Source: Octopus vulgaris
Taxonomy: Eukaryota
Length of the DNA stretch: 64,000 bases
Assembly: GCA_951406725.2 (NCBI GenBank)
Contig: OX597814.1
Location: forward strand, 30,008,001-30,072,000
Reading direction: 5' to 3'
Part shown: positions 1 through 13,960 of the stretch, piece after piece
How positions within the stretch are numbered: the first letter of the stretch is position 1
Layout of the letters: each line of letters opens with the position of its first letter
Position numbers and translations under genes: made by a program
Notes under the pieces: model-generated
The model's database searches: none
The model's input: only the letters and a program-made list of their open reading frames with translations
What the model was told of the DNA's origin: nothing

Positions 1-959
1 AGTAAGAGCTACAAACATATCTTTTGGACCCTAATTCCAAAGAAATGATAATATAACAGAATTTCCAACTTTAACCAAACAGCTTGTATTTTTAGAATAA
101 TGTATTTAAAAAATAGGTTAAAATGTGTTACTTGAAATTTCAAGTCAGTAATTAATAACGATTGCCTGAAAATGCTCACAAATTAGCCAAAGTTAATAAA
201 ATAGATGAAGACATATATAATTAGACATCTAGTCAAGTTATATTTAGATTTTAGTGTTGTATTTCCCTCAATACCAAATTAATCAGCAAAAAAACTCTAT
301 CAGTGTAGAGAATATGGGTTGCTTTTGCTAAGCTGGCTTTTTCTTTTTTTTGCATTTCATTTCATTTTATTTTTTTTTCTATTATATTAGAAATGGAAAC
401 TTTTTAAAAAATATCTTGATTGATTTTTGGCTCTGATTCTGAGCATATCAATAATTTTAGATTTCAGATTTATCCATTAATTCAATACATCCTGTATGTT
501 TTGATATGTATACAAAATATACTGTTATCTATTGTTATTTTTCTTTTAATCATTTATAATCTGTTTCTCTTAATATTGTCCTTAACACAGATATGAACTC
601 TATTTTCGTTGTATTTTTTATTGACTATAGTATTTCTTGGCAATCTATTCAACTCATACAAATATAAAACAAGTCAAATTACTACGCATTGATGTAAGAC
701 TATTTTTATAATCACTGTTCCTTTATTTGTTTACTGTACATATACAGCAATACGTGTTACCTTCTGCAATTTTGACATAGTTTCTCAATTTCTTCCTTAA
801 TCATTCTGTTTCTAGATGAACTACTAGATCAAGTAGAATGATTGGAGATGATATTGAATAACTGTGAATAACTCAGAACAAAAACATTTCTCACCTACCA
901 TTAATTTAATCATTTTTTTCCCCTGTTGCTATTAAATATATTTTTCTCGCTATTGATGG

Positions 960-1455
960 TGTAGTCATGGCTGTGAAGTTAAGAAGCCTGCTTCCCAACT
1001 ATATAGTTTCAGATACAGTTCCATTGTGTGACACTTTGGGCAAGTGTCTCCTTCTACAGTCTCGGGTTAGCCAAAACCTTGTGAGTGAATTTGGTAGACA
1101 GAAACTAAAACAAGCCCATCATATATATATATGTGCCGGTGGCACGTGAACAAAACATTCGAGCGAGGTTGTTGCCAGTGCTGCTGGACTAACTCCTGTG
1201 CAGGTGGCATGTAAAAATTACCATTTTTGAGCGTGGTCATTGCCAGTACCGCCAGAGTGGCCCTCGTGCTGGTGGCATGTTAAAAGCACCCATTACACTC
1301 TCAGAGTGGTTGGCGTTAGGAAGGGCATCCAGCTGTAGAAATTCTGCCAGATCAGATTGGAGCCTGGCACAGCCATCTGGTTCGCCAGTCCTCAGTCAAA
1401 TCGTCCTACCCATGCTAGCATGGAAAGCGGACGTTAAACGATGATGATGATGATG
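960..1455 (+). mobile_element. tRNA-derived SINE head followed by an RTE-LINE-type 3' tail ending in (ATG)n
   Basis: Contains the ...ttgggcaagtgtct core seen in other copies, then ggtggcacgt repeats and gagtggttggcgttaggaagggcatccagctgtagaaa...catggaaagcggacgttaaacg(atg)n, a block recurring many times in the window. Confidence 0.8.
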
Positions 1456-1640
1456 TGTTGGTACCACATAAAATGCCCTCATGCTGGTGCCACATAAAAT
1501 GCCTTTATGTTGGTATCACATAAAAAACACCCATGCTGGTGCCACATGAAAAGCAACCATGCTGGTGCCACATAAAACTGACTTGTGCTGGTACCATGTA
1601 TAAAACACTGGTGCTGGTGCCATGTAAAACTCCTGGTATA
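1456..1640. repeat. Degenerate ~20-bp tandem repeat (catgctggtgccacataaaa)
   Basis: About 7 imperfect units read directly. Related to the ggtggcac repeats of the RTE tail. Confidence 0.7.
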
Positions 1641-3157
1641 CTCTGTAAAATGGATGGTGTTAGGAAAGCAATCCAGCCATAGAAACAATGCCAAAGCAAA
1701 CAAATTGTATCCTGACTCAGGCCTGGCTGTTTGGTTTAGAAGCTTGCTTCCTAACCAGATATATGATCTTGGGTTCAGTCCCACTGTGTGGCACTTTGGG
1801 CAAATGCTTTCTTCTATAGACCCCGGCTGACCAAAGCTTTGTGACTGAATTTAGTTGGTAGAAACTGAAAGAATCCTCTCATATATTCAAGTTTATGGAT
1901 ATGTGTGCATGAGTGAGTTTGTATGTACCCTTGTCTTGACGTCACGTGCTTGTAAATGAGCATCACTGTCATACAAGCAGTGTTCTTTGTTTCCAGTCTT
2001 TATATCAGGCCATCAGAAATATTGCCTTTCTTGGAAATAAGTGAAGGCTAGTGACAAGAAGGGCATCTGGCTGCGGAAAAAATCTACCTCAACAAATTCT
2101 GTCTGACCCATGCATACTTGGAAAAGTGGATGTTAAATGATGAGAATGATAATTTATTTAACCATTAAATAGTAAAGAGTAAATTTTTCTGCAAAATGGC
2201 TCTTAAATATCACCATATCGATTCTATGTCTATTGAAGCATTCTAACAGATCAAATTTTCATTCAGCATGTTTTTATTTTATTTTTCTGCTTACAATCTG
2301 TTACTTTTGGCACACACAAATGTGTGATAATATTTCCATACAAATGCTCTCTGTTCCTCAAACTTGATGGACTTACACCCACAGTACTAATGTTGTTTCT
2401 GCTAGATTCAACATTTCAGTTTTTGCTTTTGAACTGACATATTTAATTTAATTTATTTTTGTGTGTGCTAAACACTATGCAGTTATAAGTTAATTTTTAA
2501 TACTTTATTTTTAGTGACTACTAAATATTTCAACAGAGAAGAAAAAAAAATATCATTGATTTCTTTCTCTTCTCTGACTCCTTTGCTTTTTAAGTCTTAG
2601 TTTTCCTTCAAATTATAGCTGTAATCTATTATTGAAAGAATATAGGACAATATGGTTTTAATTCTACCATTGATAAATATGTTTGGTTTATCAACTTGGA
2701 AAACTACTACCATACTGCTTAAATCAAATTAGATAAAGTTCTGAAGATTAATTTTTGTTGATGTCTAATGGGTAGGATGAAGATTGTGTAAGAATAAAAA
2801 AAAACACAAACTCAATATTATTGAATGAAGATTAAGGGAAAAAAATTATGTCCTATTCTTAGAACAGACTGATGAAACATGGAATAGTTTTGGATAAACA
2901 CTGCAACACCGACAACAGCAGCAACAGCAATGACAATAATATCTTTTCTTTCTAATTTTGGTACAAGACCAACAGTTTTGAGAGAAGAGGATAAATTGAT
3001 TACATCAACCTCAGTGCTCAACTGGTACTTATTTTATTGACCCTGAAAGGATGAAAGGCAAAGTGAACTTTGGTGGAATTTGAACTCAGAATGTAATAAG
3101 TCAGAACTGCTGCAAAGCATGTTGCGCAGTGTTTTAATGATCTTGTCAGCTTACTGC

Positions 3158-3194
<37 letters not shown>

Positions 3195-3736
3195 CTCGAA
3201 AAAGAAAGGGTGTTACCTTAGTTCACTGGTTGTGAACAGCTGACACTGTAGTACACCTCCAGCGTGTGCCAGCCCCAGTCAAACCCAGTCCCCAGTCAAA
3301 CTATCCAACCCATGCCGACATAGAAAACGGACTTTAGACGATGATGGTGATGATGATGATTGGAACAATGCCACAAATTGAAAGGTAGATTACACTGACC
3401 CAGTTATGACTGCAAAGATGTAATACTAATTGATTCTGGTGGGATTTGAACTCAAGCTCTAAAGGGACATAAATAAATATCATAAAGCATTTTGAAAGTG
3501 CTCTATTGATTTTGCTACTGCACTGCTATAATACTAATGAAATCTGATTTAGACACAAGGTGAGCAATTTTGAGGGGAAGGGGCCTGTCAGTTCCATTGC
3601 CCTCAATAATTGACTGGTAATTTATTTTATCAACCCGTCAGAGATGAAAGGTAAAGTTGGCTTTGACAGGATTTGAACTTTGGAGGTAAACAACTTGAAC
3701 AAATGATAATGATGATGATGATGACAACAATAACAA

Positions 3737-3970
3737 AGGGCGGCAAACTGGCAGAAACGTTAGGAGGCCAGGCGAACTGCCTAGCGGTATTTCATCTGCT
3801 GCTACGTTCTGAGTTCAAATTCCGCTGAGGTCGACTTTGCCTTTCATCCTTTCGGGGTCGATTAAATAAGTATCAGTTACACACTGGGGTCGATATAATT
3901 GACTTAATCCCTTTGTCTGTCCTTGTTTGTCCCCTCTATGTTTAGCCCCTTGTGGGCAATAAAGAAATAA
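3737..3970 (+). mobile_element. tRNA-derived SINE with MetaSINE/Sauria-like central domain
   Basis: ggcggc..ctggcagaaacgttag head, B-box-like gagttcaaattcc, central gtcgactttgcctttcatcctttcggggtcgat..aagtatcag. Other copies at about 2945-3155(-), 9920-10130(-), 11200-11420, 22135-22590(-, tandem pair), 24143-24590, 40915-41090, 54803-55020 and 58977-59458. Confidence 0.8.
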
Positions 3971-4004
3971 ACAATGACAAAGATGATGGTGGCTTCTGAA
4001 GTCC

Positions 4005-4690
4005 AGTGTTAGAAGTGTTTCTTATAGAGGAATAATATTTGCTGAGAAATAACTGGTAGGAAGAATCTGCACTGTCCAGTTGAGAGTCTCTTTTTGCAGG
4101 GGACTAAAACTCTTGGTCCCCTGCAAAATTTGGTGGGGAAGAGAAGTTGTATTGTATGTAATCTACTAAAGTGTTCTTTACTTTTCTGATGAATGTCTTT
4201 CATTATAGTTGTGGGTAAATATCTTCTAGTTGTGTTGTAAATAGCATTCTGCATTTGTTCAGCTGCAACATAACTGCAAGTAAAATATTTGCAGGTTTTG
4301 GAGTTGGGGGTGGTGGTTGTATGAATGATGCGGAGAGGCATCTCTAGGAGGAAGTTATTGATCCTATGCTTAATGATCACTGATGGGTCGGAAGTAAAGC
4401 ACATTTGCTACTATGGGTAGTGAGTAGTGAACTGGCATTGTTCCAGCCTGTTAGCTTACTAGAACAAGTAGAGTGTTTGGGGTGACTGGGGCAAGGATCA
4501 TTGCAGTTGGAAGATACGAAGGAGTGTTACTTTTATTAAACAGTGGTCAGACAATCTAACAGGGTCAGAGGTACTAAAGTCTAGGTTTGGATATGAGAAA
4601 GAGTTTAGGAGTGTTAGGAGAGTTGGGGTGTTGGGCAGTGATATATGGAAATGGGAATACTAACTGGTGTAGAAATTTTGAATAGCAAAT
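4005..4690 (-). mobile_element. Highly decayed retroelement ORF remnant, possibly Penelope-like RT
   Basis: Compositionally distinct block with a 131-aa ORF. SDPSVIIKHRINNFL loosely resembles the Penelope pre-RT region. No catalytic motif visible. Confidence 0.3.
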
Positions 4691-5597
4691 GATTCAGTCT
4701 CTGCATCAACGTTTTTGGTATGGAGTTTATCTCTTTCTCTTTTCTTCTATTGCCTCTACTATGGTGTTTTTCAGTCCATTATTTACCTTTAAGGAAATTG
4801 CTTTTTTCCTTTACCATGGCTCTTCCTTTTCTCTAATTACATGCTCTATTTTTTACTTAGTCTATTTTTGTCGATTTTTTCAAACAAAAGCATTTCTGAG
4901 ATCTCTAAGAATCTGTCCCAAATTTCTTAGTATGCTTCATCTGAATCATGAAAGTAAGTCTAAAATTGAACTGATTTCCATGTTAATGGGTCACTGTTTC
5001 CTAAGTACCCTTATACATACATACATGCATACATACATATACACATATACAATATTCAACAGAGGTAAAGAAAGAAGTGAGCAATTAAACAATAACCTCT
5101 TCGCTGTATGGCCTGAGTGTTTCTTTGAAGACACATTATAATCATTGATCGAATGCCTGCTTTTCAATACTTAGCTTGGTTACCACTCATTACATATTTT
5201 ACTTTTATTATATTTATTATTATTGACTCCCCCTAACCCATTATTAAAATATCCTTGCGATAGGAAAATCTATTTAGAAATTGTTTTTTTTTAAAAATTT
5301 TTTGTTTATTTTGCTTCACGCTTACTGCAATTAAAATATCTTTTTTATAACATTTTCTGATATTAATTCTATAATGAACTACATTCTTAGTTCACTCCTG
5401 AGCCATATGTCTGGTATTAATCTCCTGTCTTGATATCTTTACATTGATGAGACTTAAGCTTTTTTTACAGATAAAGCACCACACTATTACAGGTAAATTT
5501 TTCATAGAATGTTCAGTATACAATCCACAGCCAAATAAATTAAGGCCTGTTGGAATAAATATTTAAATTTTTACATGCAAAGTGTTTATGAAGGATG

Positions 5598-5900
5598 TCA
5601 TCATCATCATCACCGTTTAACGTCCGTTTTCCATGCTAGCATGGGTTGGACTGTTCAACCGGGATCTGGGAAGCCAGAAGGCTGCACCAGTCTGATCTGG
5701 CAGTGTTTCTACAGCTGGATGCCATTCCTAACACCAACCACTCCGTAAGTGTAGTGGGTGCTTTTTACATGCCACCGGCACAGGTGCCAGGCGAGGCTGG
5801 CAATGGTCACGATCGGATTGGTGCTTTTTACGTGCCACCGGCACGGAAGCCAGTCAAGGTGGCACTGGCATCGGCCACGTTTGGATGGTGCTTTTTACGT
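5598..5900 (-). mobile_element. RTE-LINE 3' UTR/tail fragment
   Basis: (CAT)n followed by the reverse complement of the common tail. Other copies at 21640-22023(+), 31685-31910(-), 39335-39607(+), 54005-54320(-), 57858-58046(+) and 61112-61300(-). Confidence 0.8.
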
Positions 5901-5904
5901 GCTA

Positions 5905-7170
5905 TATGTATATCATGTATATCATTATAATCATAATCATGATGTATATCATTATAATATAATATGAAGTATATGTATCATTATATGGTATAAATATCAT
6001 ATAATATGAAATATGTGTCATTATACCTATGAAGAACATGGGTTATTTACACCAAAACTATTAGTATCTTTACAATATGAAATATGTATCATTACACTAT
6101 GAAGTGTGTGTGGTTACTACACCACAAGAAATTAGTATCAATACATTGTGAAGCATTACTATCATTACAGTATGAAATATTTGTGTTATTACACCTACCC
6201 CATGAAGTATTAGTATTACAGCATAAAGTGTATGTGTGTTATTACATCATGAAGTATTAGTATTATTACAATATAAAGTGTTTGCATTATTACATCATGA
6301 AATATTATTATTATTATTACAATACAAAATGTATGTGTGTTATTACACCATGAAGTGTATGTGTGTTATTACATCCTGAAGTACTAGTGTTATTACAATA
6401 TAAAATGTATGTGTGTTATTACATCATGGAGTATTAGTATTATTATAATATAAAGTGTTTGTGTTATTACACCATGAAATATTAGTATTATTACAATACA
6501 TAATGTATGTGTGTTATTACATCCTGAAGTACTAGTGCTATTACAATATAAAGTGTATGTGTGTTAATACATCCTGAAGTACTAGTGTTATCACAATATA
6601 AAATGTATGTGTGTTATTACACCATGAAGTATTAGTATTATTACACCATGTATAACACATATTTTTACACCATGTATGTTATTACACCATGAAGTATTAA
6701 TGAAAGCACATGGCTTAGTGGCTGGGATATTCAGCTGACGATCATAAGGTCATGAGCTCAATTTCTGGTGATGCATTGTGTCCTTGAGCAAGACACTTTA
6801 TTTCCACATTGCTCCAGTCCACTCAGCTAGCAAAAATGAGTAGTACCTGTATTTCAAAGGGCCAACCTTGTCACACTCTGTGTCATGCTGAATCTCTCCT
6901 TGAGAACTGCATTAAGGGTACACATGTCCATGGAGTGCTCAACCACTTGCTCGTTAATTTCACAAGCAGGCTGTTCTGTTGAGCATATCAGCTGGGGCCC
7001 TTGTTGTCATAACCATCGGAGTGCTTCTTTTTTTTTTTGTATCAGTATTATTACAATATAATGTGTATGTGTGTTATACCATGAAGTATTAGTATTATTA
7101 CATTATGAAGTGTATGTGTGTGTGTTATTACACCATGAATTATTATATGAAGTATATTTATTATACAAAC
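5905..7170. repeat. Degenerate ~50-bp minisatellite interrupted by a SINE
   Basis: Unit approximates tattacaatataaagtgtatgtgtgttattacaccatgaagtattagtat. Repeated through 6700, resuming at about 7040 after the SINE. Confidence 0.85.
6702..7030 (+). mobile_element. tRNA-derived SINE; inverted copy at 8348-8668
   Basis: A-box-like tggcttagtgg, core ccttgagcaagacacttt and a T-rich tail. Reverse-complement copy 1.3 kb downstream. Confidence 0.8.
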
Positions 7171-7859
7171 CACAGTAAAGAATTATCGTTGCCTTTTCTC
7201 TCTTTTTTTCCAACTATAATTCACATTAGATAACAATTAAAGGAAATATTGATTTATCGTATTAGCAGAAGGCCACAGATTTGTATGGGAGTTGTAGAGT
7301 CGATTGAACTGAATCTATGAATCTAATAATGCTTACCTAGTTCTTTATTTTATTGATTGCTAGAGGAGGTTGGAAAGTTGAACCTTTAGGGATTTGATCT
7401 AAGATGTGTGTGCATGCATCAGTTTATATTTATATATTATGTGTATGTATGTTTTTGTATGTGTGCCTATGTTTATTATTGCATGTGTTTGAATGTATAT
7501 GTTTACATTTATATATGTTATATCTAGAATTATGCATGCAAGTGTAATTATGGTATATTATGTATTCTTATTTGCATGTGTCAGCTAAATGATCAGGGTT
7601 CTTCAAATTCTATGATAATCGCTGTTGGCAACAAAAATGCTTCACTCTGACCCATGCAAAACAACTAAGTAGATGTTTAAATTCAGTCTCTGAGGTATGT
7701 CTCTTCATATTCCTCATACAATCAAAGTTCACAACCCTCAAATCTCCAAGTGGGATTACTACCGCAGTACTGTTAAAAAAATACTGTTTATAGCTGCCTG
7801 AAGGAAGTTATGAATCAGCACCAACTGAAAGATATTTGCTCTCTGTTACAACACCTTCC

Positions 7860-8330
7860 AGATGATAGCCACAAATGCAAAAACATTTGACATCAGTAAA
7901 ACCTTCAACCATGTCTGTGACAAGAATGTATTGTCTGCCTATTCAGAGGTGCAATGACTGTTACATTCAACTGTTTAGCAAAGGCTCACTTACCAATATA
8001 CTACAATAATTATCTTACAGTTGTACCGCTGTGCTGAACTAGCTAACTATCATAGCATCTCTGTCCACACCTACATGATGCACATTTCCTCTTCTCAATA
8101 ACCCTTCTGTAACTCTTAGATTCAATGTTAAGCATTTTGCTGAATCCTTCTTTCCAAGAATAGTAACCATCTCAAATGATCTTCCTCATTTAATTATTTA
8201 TTTCTTGTTATCATTTGACTACAGGACTTTAAGATGAACATCAAACACATCAGTCTCTCAACTCTGGGAAATTTTACAAAGATCATGGGCATTGCTCGTA
8301 TACTCTTAACTCATTAATGAGAAAAAACAA
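7860..8330 (+). mobile_element. Decayed non-LTR retrotransposon (CR1/Jockey-group-like) ORF2 fragments
   Basis: DISKTFNHV (cf. DxSKAFDxV) near 7889 and HFAESFFPRIVTISNDLP (cf. SFFPRTxxxWNxLP) near 8133. Confidence 0.5.
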
Positions 8331-10512
8331 TATATATTATTATGAACTGGTGCTCCATCATTACAATGACTAGAGTTCCAGTTGATCCGGTCACTGGAAC
8401 AGTCTGCTCGTGAAATTAATGTGTAAATGGCTTAGCACTCTACAGACACACATACTCTTAATGTAGTTCTCAGGGAGATTTAGTGTGACGCAGAATGTGA
8501 CAAGGCTGGCCCTTTGAATTGCTGCTACAGCTCATTTTTGCCAGCTGAGTGGACTGGAGCAACATGAAATAAAGTGTTTTGCTCAACAGCACAACACACT
8601 TCCAGGTATCAAACTCCTGACCTTACAATCATGAGCTAAATACCCTAACCACTAAGCCATGTGCCTTCTTATATATATTTTGTTATATGTGTGTTAGTAT
8701 TTTTTTTTTTATTTCATCTAGTTTCAGCTCTTGAGCTGTGGCCATGTTGGGGCACCACCATTTAGTAATCTAACTTATTATTATTTCTAGCTATTTTTTA
8801 CATTTCCAACACTCTTTGTGCCATTGTAATGCATGACAACTATTTTAGCAGCTGATGTTCAAATGTATCTAATTATACTGTCGGGCCGCAGACTCATTTC
8901 AAGTACTGCACTGTACAGGTATCAGTGATATACTGGGTTGACGTGATTGACTAGAGCTCCTATTCCTACAGACCTAATTTTATAATTAAGTAATATAAAT
9001 CAATATTGCAAATAGTATTAAGCATTTCTTTGTTATTGCTAATGCTGAAATGATTGGCCAGTTGTATATATCTGAATAAGGTTATCGTTTATAGATTCAT
9101 AGTTATAGGCTACAACTTTGATCAGTTGCATCTTCAGACGTGACAGTGAATTAGTTAACTAATTATAATGACTCCTTCTGCTGCTACCATAGTTATGGTA
9201 ATTAAAATATAATTTATGAGACTTCTATTGATTGCAGCATCTGTTATACATTGTTATATTTTATCTAGATGTTATTAGATTTACTGAGCACCTAGTTTTA
9301 TAGACAGGTGTTTTATCTTGCCATGTCTATGAGGTGTTCCCCAATGAATTGCCTTTTAAAATAAACAATAGCAGATGATTAGTGCCTTTTTTCTTAGAGA
9401 TTTCTATTTTATGGTTTAGTCAGAGAAGAACACGCGTAATGTCCATAAGTTCCTGGGTCTCTGAGACTGGGATAAAGGGGAAAGAAACTACACTTTCATG
9501 TAGAAAATAAAACATAAAAATGTTCAGTTATTTTCATACTGGATACCAAGTTTAAATACTTGCATCAGAGCAGGCCATTGAGGTTACCCAAGGACCAGGT
9601 GGTGGTAGCAATGGTAAACTGGGTGACATGCTGGATGACAAAATTGGAGGAAGAACATTGGACAAAACATGGTGTAATATTTAGTTGCTTTCCCTTTATA
9701 GATTGAAGTTCATACTCAGTAAGGTCCAAAGGTTAATAAAATTCACACTCTTTTTCAAAAACCTGTAGCCTTATTCCTGTCTTAGAAAGAAAAAATTTTT
9801 AAATCTAGGGATTGACTAAACTGATAAAAAATGTGCTTAATTTTCAAGTAAACACTCATGTAAAAAATCTGAAATTTATAATCTGTGTCTATGTTATTAA
9901 TTAGAGGGAAACAGATAATTCTTCCAAATTTGGCAGAAAGGCAGCAATTTTCAAGGGAACGGAAAGTCAATTACTTCAACCCCAGTGCTCAGCTGATACT
10001 TTATTTTATTAACCCTGAAATGCAAAGTTGACCTTAGCAGCATTTGAATGCAAAATGTGAAGAGCTGGAAGACCAGCAGCTGAGTATTTTGTCAGGTGCT
10101 GAAAAGATTCTGCCAGCTCACTGCCTTAGAGAAAGAGATGATTAATGCTAGCATAAACTTGTAACAAGAAATTGATTTAGTAGTCAAGATATAAGTAATA
10201 TTTATTTAGTCTGAGATCTGACTTAGCCAACATGAGTTGAATGGTGTATCTACTTAATTACCAAATTATCTGAAAATGGTGAAGGAAGAATTATCATCAG
10301 TATTCTGATAGTGGATGATGTGGCCATTCTAATTATCATCCATAACATTGTGTGAATGAGAACATATGTAACTAGAGTGAAGGATTTGCTGTTGTTGTTG
10401 TTGCTTAGTACCAAGTCAGTCTTGATTGCAACAGTCAGTCATTGCAGCTATATCATCCTATTTTTTTTAGGATATGTATAACTACATTGTCTAATTTATT
10501 CTTACCTTTTAA

Positions 10513-10732
10513 CCCTTTTGTTACCAACCCGGCTGAAACCGGCTCTGGCTCTTTAGTACAAATGTCTTGTTTTCATAAGTTTTGAATTCAAAATTTCCAC
10601 CAAACCTTAGTCACAATTTATGTTCCTAACACTAGCTTAATGATAACGATGTTATTTTACTAAATTCTTTCTTATATTTAAAGTAATTGAAAGAAACACA
10701 GAGCATCTCAAAACAAATACAGTAACGAAAGG
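10513..10732. mobile_element. piggyBac-type MITE
   Basis: TTAA-CCCTTTTGTTAC ... GTAACGAAAGGG termini. Related decayed copies near 26965-27180 and 51403-51636. Confidence 0.65.
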
Positions 10733-11421
10733 GTAGATGGCAAGATGTAATGTAAGGGAGTTTGGCAGTTATTTTTAGCAGATTGAGCAACTGAAAAGAA
10801 GCCTTCATCATCATCATCACTCTCTAAATAATGGTTTTGTGATTGGTTCTTGTTCTTGATTTCAATGAGGAGGTGCAATGACAGTACATTATGTATTGAT
10901 ATTCAACTCCTAAGTTTCAAATCTTACTACATTCACAGTGGTGATTCACCTCAAGTCAACCCTCATCAAGCAGCCTTATGATCAAACACATTCCAACCTT
11001 CACCCTACCATTTCTATTTCTATTTATCAAACCTTGCTGTTTCTGTTTATGGAAGGAAATCATTTAACATTTCAGAATAATAATTATTAGTATTAGCAGA
11101 GGGCTAAATATCCTAATATGTACTGCATCAGACTGAGTATAGACACAAAGTATCTCTGAAAAACTTTGCCTGTGTTAGACTTTTATTATATTGAAATAGA
11201 AGGCAACAAACTGGCAGAATCATCACCACACCAAACAAAATGCTTAATAGCATTTCTTCCAGCTCTTTATGTCCTGATTGCAAATGCTGCTGAGGTCAAC
11301 TTTGCCTTTCATCCTTTGCGGGTCGATAAAATATGTATTAGTCAAGTTTTGAAGTTGATGTAATCAACTAACCCTCTCTCCTTAAAATTGTTGACCTTAT
11401 GCCAAAAATTTGAAACTATTA

Positions 11422-11697
11422 CAGTAAAGCCTTGGTATATGAGTTAATTTGTTCCTGGAGATCACTTGTAAAACAAAGATGTGTAAAGCAAAGCAATAAT
11501 TCCCCACAGTAGTAATGAAATTTTATGCCGTCATTTTACTCTGTCACTGTGCAGATGCACCAGAACCAGTATTGCCACATGTTGCGATGTTGCCACATGG
11601 ACAGAATGGCTGTTTAACCTTTTTATATTTATTATAAAATAAAACTCTTAAACCTGGGGTCTTGTAAAGAGGATCCTTGTAAAGTGAGGTATTACTG
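11422..11697. mobile_element. pogo/Tigger-like MITE
   Basis: TA-CAGTAAAGCCT ... AGGTATTACTG-TA: imperfect TIRs with a TA duplication. Confidence 0.45.
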
Positions 11698-12652
11698 TAT
11701 ATCTAATCAGAGGAAAAAACTAATCAGGAGGTTTCAAACAACCATATACAGGATTGTTCAAAATGCTAGAAATATCAGCCATATCTTCTCCAATTGCACT
11801 TTACCATGTTAAAAAGAAAACATAAAGGAGTCATCGGATAATGTATACACTACTTTTAAAGAAGGACAGGATGGTCACAACTTGAACAGGGTTGGCCTAG
11901 AGTTAAACAACGCAAAAAAGAACAATACTGCATAGATACAAGTTAAGTACTAATCTTATGGATTACCATGGCTTAATGAAGGCATTAATAACAATATTGG
12001 TAATTGTTGTTAATTAATTAATAATCAGTTGACATGACATTAAATTTGTATCCTTAATAATTCCAGTACTGACACCAGAATTACAGGTTGACAGGCATTG
12101 ATTTATTAAAACCTTGCACATCGTTAATGATATCAATAAGCAATTGCAAGTGTTATGGAAGCCATCACAATTTACATGGACATATAGACATATATATATA
12201 TATACATAAAATAATAAGAGTGATATATATATGCTACATCAATATATTTATACATGATAAAATTCATTTCCATGCATGAATAAGGAAATAAAATTAAGAG
12301 AACATTGATCATGCATCCTGTTTACCTAAAGATTGTTCATATTGCCTTTTTTATTATTTTTTCTCAAACTACAATTTTTTAGAAATATTTTCTGTTATAG
12401 GATGATTTTCTTTTATTATTTATTCTTTTGTCTTTTGATTTGATTAATTTTTATAGAATTTTAAAATATTTCGGTGTAATTTGTTGTTTTTTTTTGGCCT
12501 ACTTTATGTATAAATAGGATTTTTTGTTGAAATGTTTTATAAAAAATTATTGATTTTTAATGGTGAATGTGTGTATAAAGGAATATGTGAATATTTACGT
12601 GGTATGTATGAGGATACATGCATATGTGTATACATATACTAGATATATTTGA

Positions 12653-12684
<32 letters not shown>

Positions 12685-13294
12685 CATATATATGGAGCTA
12701 TGCTTGTATGGAAAACTGAATGTAACAACAATGATGATATATGAATATGTATATATGTGTACATACAAAAATGTTGGGTGTATCCAATACATATGCACAA
12801 ACACACAATTATGATATGTGGCATATATCTAATTTGAAATTAGAACCATACATGAGCAATGGAATTGATAGTGATTTGATCAAAAAGAATAATTCAACCA
12901 GTAGTTTACTGTATCACTGAAGTTGAAAGTAATGTGTTGTTTGTGCACTTGGCTATTGAAAGTATATATTCTCTTGACTGTGATGATTTCAGTTGTAACT
13001 TCCAGAGGTTTGTACAATGTATTAATAGCTATGAGCTGTGACCTGAAATGTTTATCGAGTCTGTGGGATTTGAGATCATGCAGTTAAAGTGGGCGTACAG
13101 GTGTGAAAGTATTAACTCTTATATAACAACACACCTATGTCTTTCATATGTCAGTCGTCTTCCCAGCAAATCAACCAATAGCGAGTGTGCTCGAAGAAAG
13201 TCTTCACCAATTATGGGCTGATGGACATCGGCGCTGGTGAATGCCCATGTGTATTTTTGAGAGCCGATGTTGAGAGAAAGGGTGTGACGACTGT

Positions 13295-13960
13295 ATGCCT
13301 CAATTGTGGACCCATCAGCTGCTGTTAAAGGTTAATGATATCCTTATTGCAAGCCCAAACACAGAGCTACATAAGAAGCACCTTTTCAGAATCACAACGA
13401 AGTGCACGACAGCTCACCACCCACATGCCAACAGATTAGTGGAGAGATTTCACTGCTGCCTGAAGGAATCCCTGATAACCAGACTTAACGGGCCAAATTG
13501 GATTAACCAACTCCCATGGGTGATGGTGCGAATCTGCACCATCCCAAAAGAAAATTTCAACACTTCCTCTGTGGAAATGGTGTACAGTGTTCCCCTTATA
13601 GGTTCATTCTGAATATGAAGTCAGACCCAGATGTCAAAAGGTACCTTGCTCAACTGAGAGACAACATGAGCCAGTTGCACCCTTTTCCCATGTCAGCACA
13701 CAGTACACTCAGATCATCTGTACCAAATGACCACAGCACGGCTAACTTTGTGTTCGTTTGATGTGATACATGATGAAAATCCCTCCTGTTACCCTACAAT
13801 GGTCCATATCAAGTCATACATCCGTGAGATAAAACATTCCAACTCCTAATTGGTGCATGACAAGACACAGTCTCCAACGATAGATTGAAACCAGCCCATC
13901 TCGATATTGACAGCCCTGTTCAGGTGGCCCAGCCACCAAACAGAAACCATCCTAAACAGA
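13295..13960 (+). mobile_element. Ty3/Gypsy LTR retrotransposon integrase relic
   Basis: TTAHHPHANRLVERFH..LKESL..NWINQLPWV (integrase core, cf. TTAYHPQANGLVERFH), then PYNGPYQV (GPY/F motif) and DRLKPAHL. Frameshifts and stops are present. Confidence 0.9.

Noticed and set aside
4689-5141. 150-aa hydrophobic ORF
   Set aside because: Low-complexity T-rich sequence that runs through a microsatellite. No motif or splice support.
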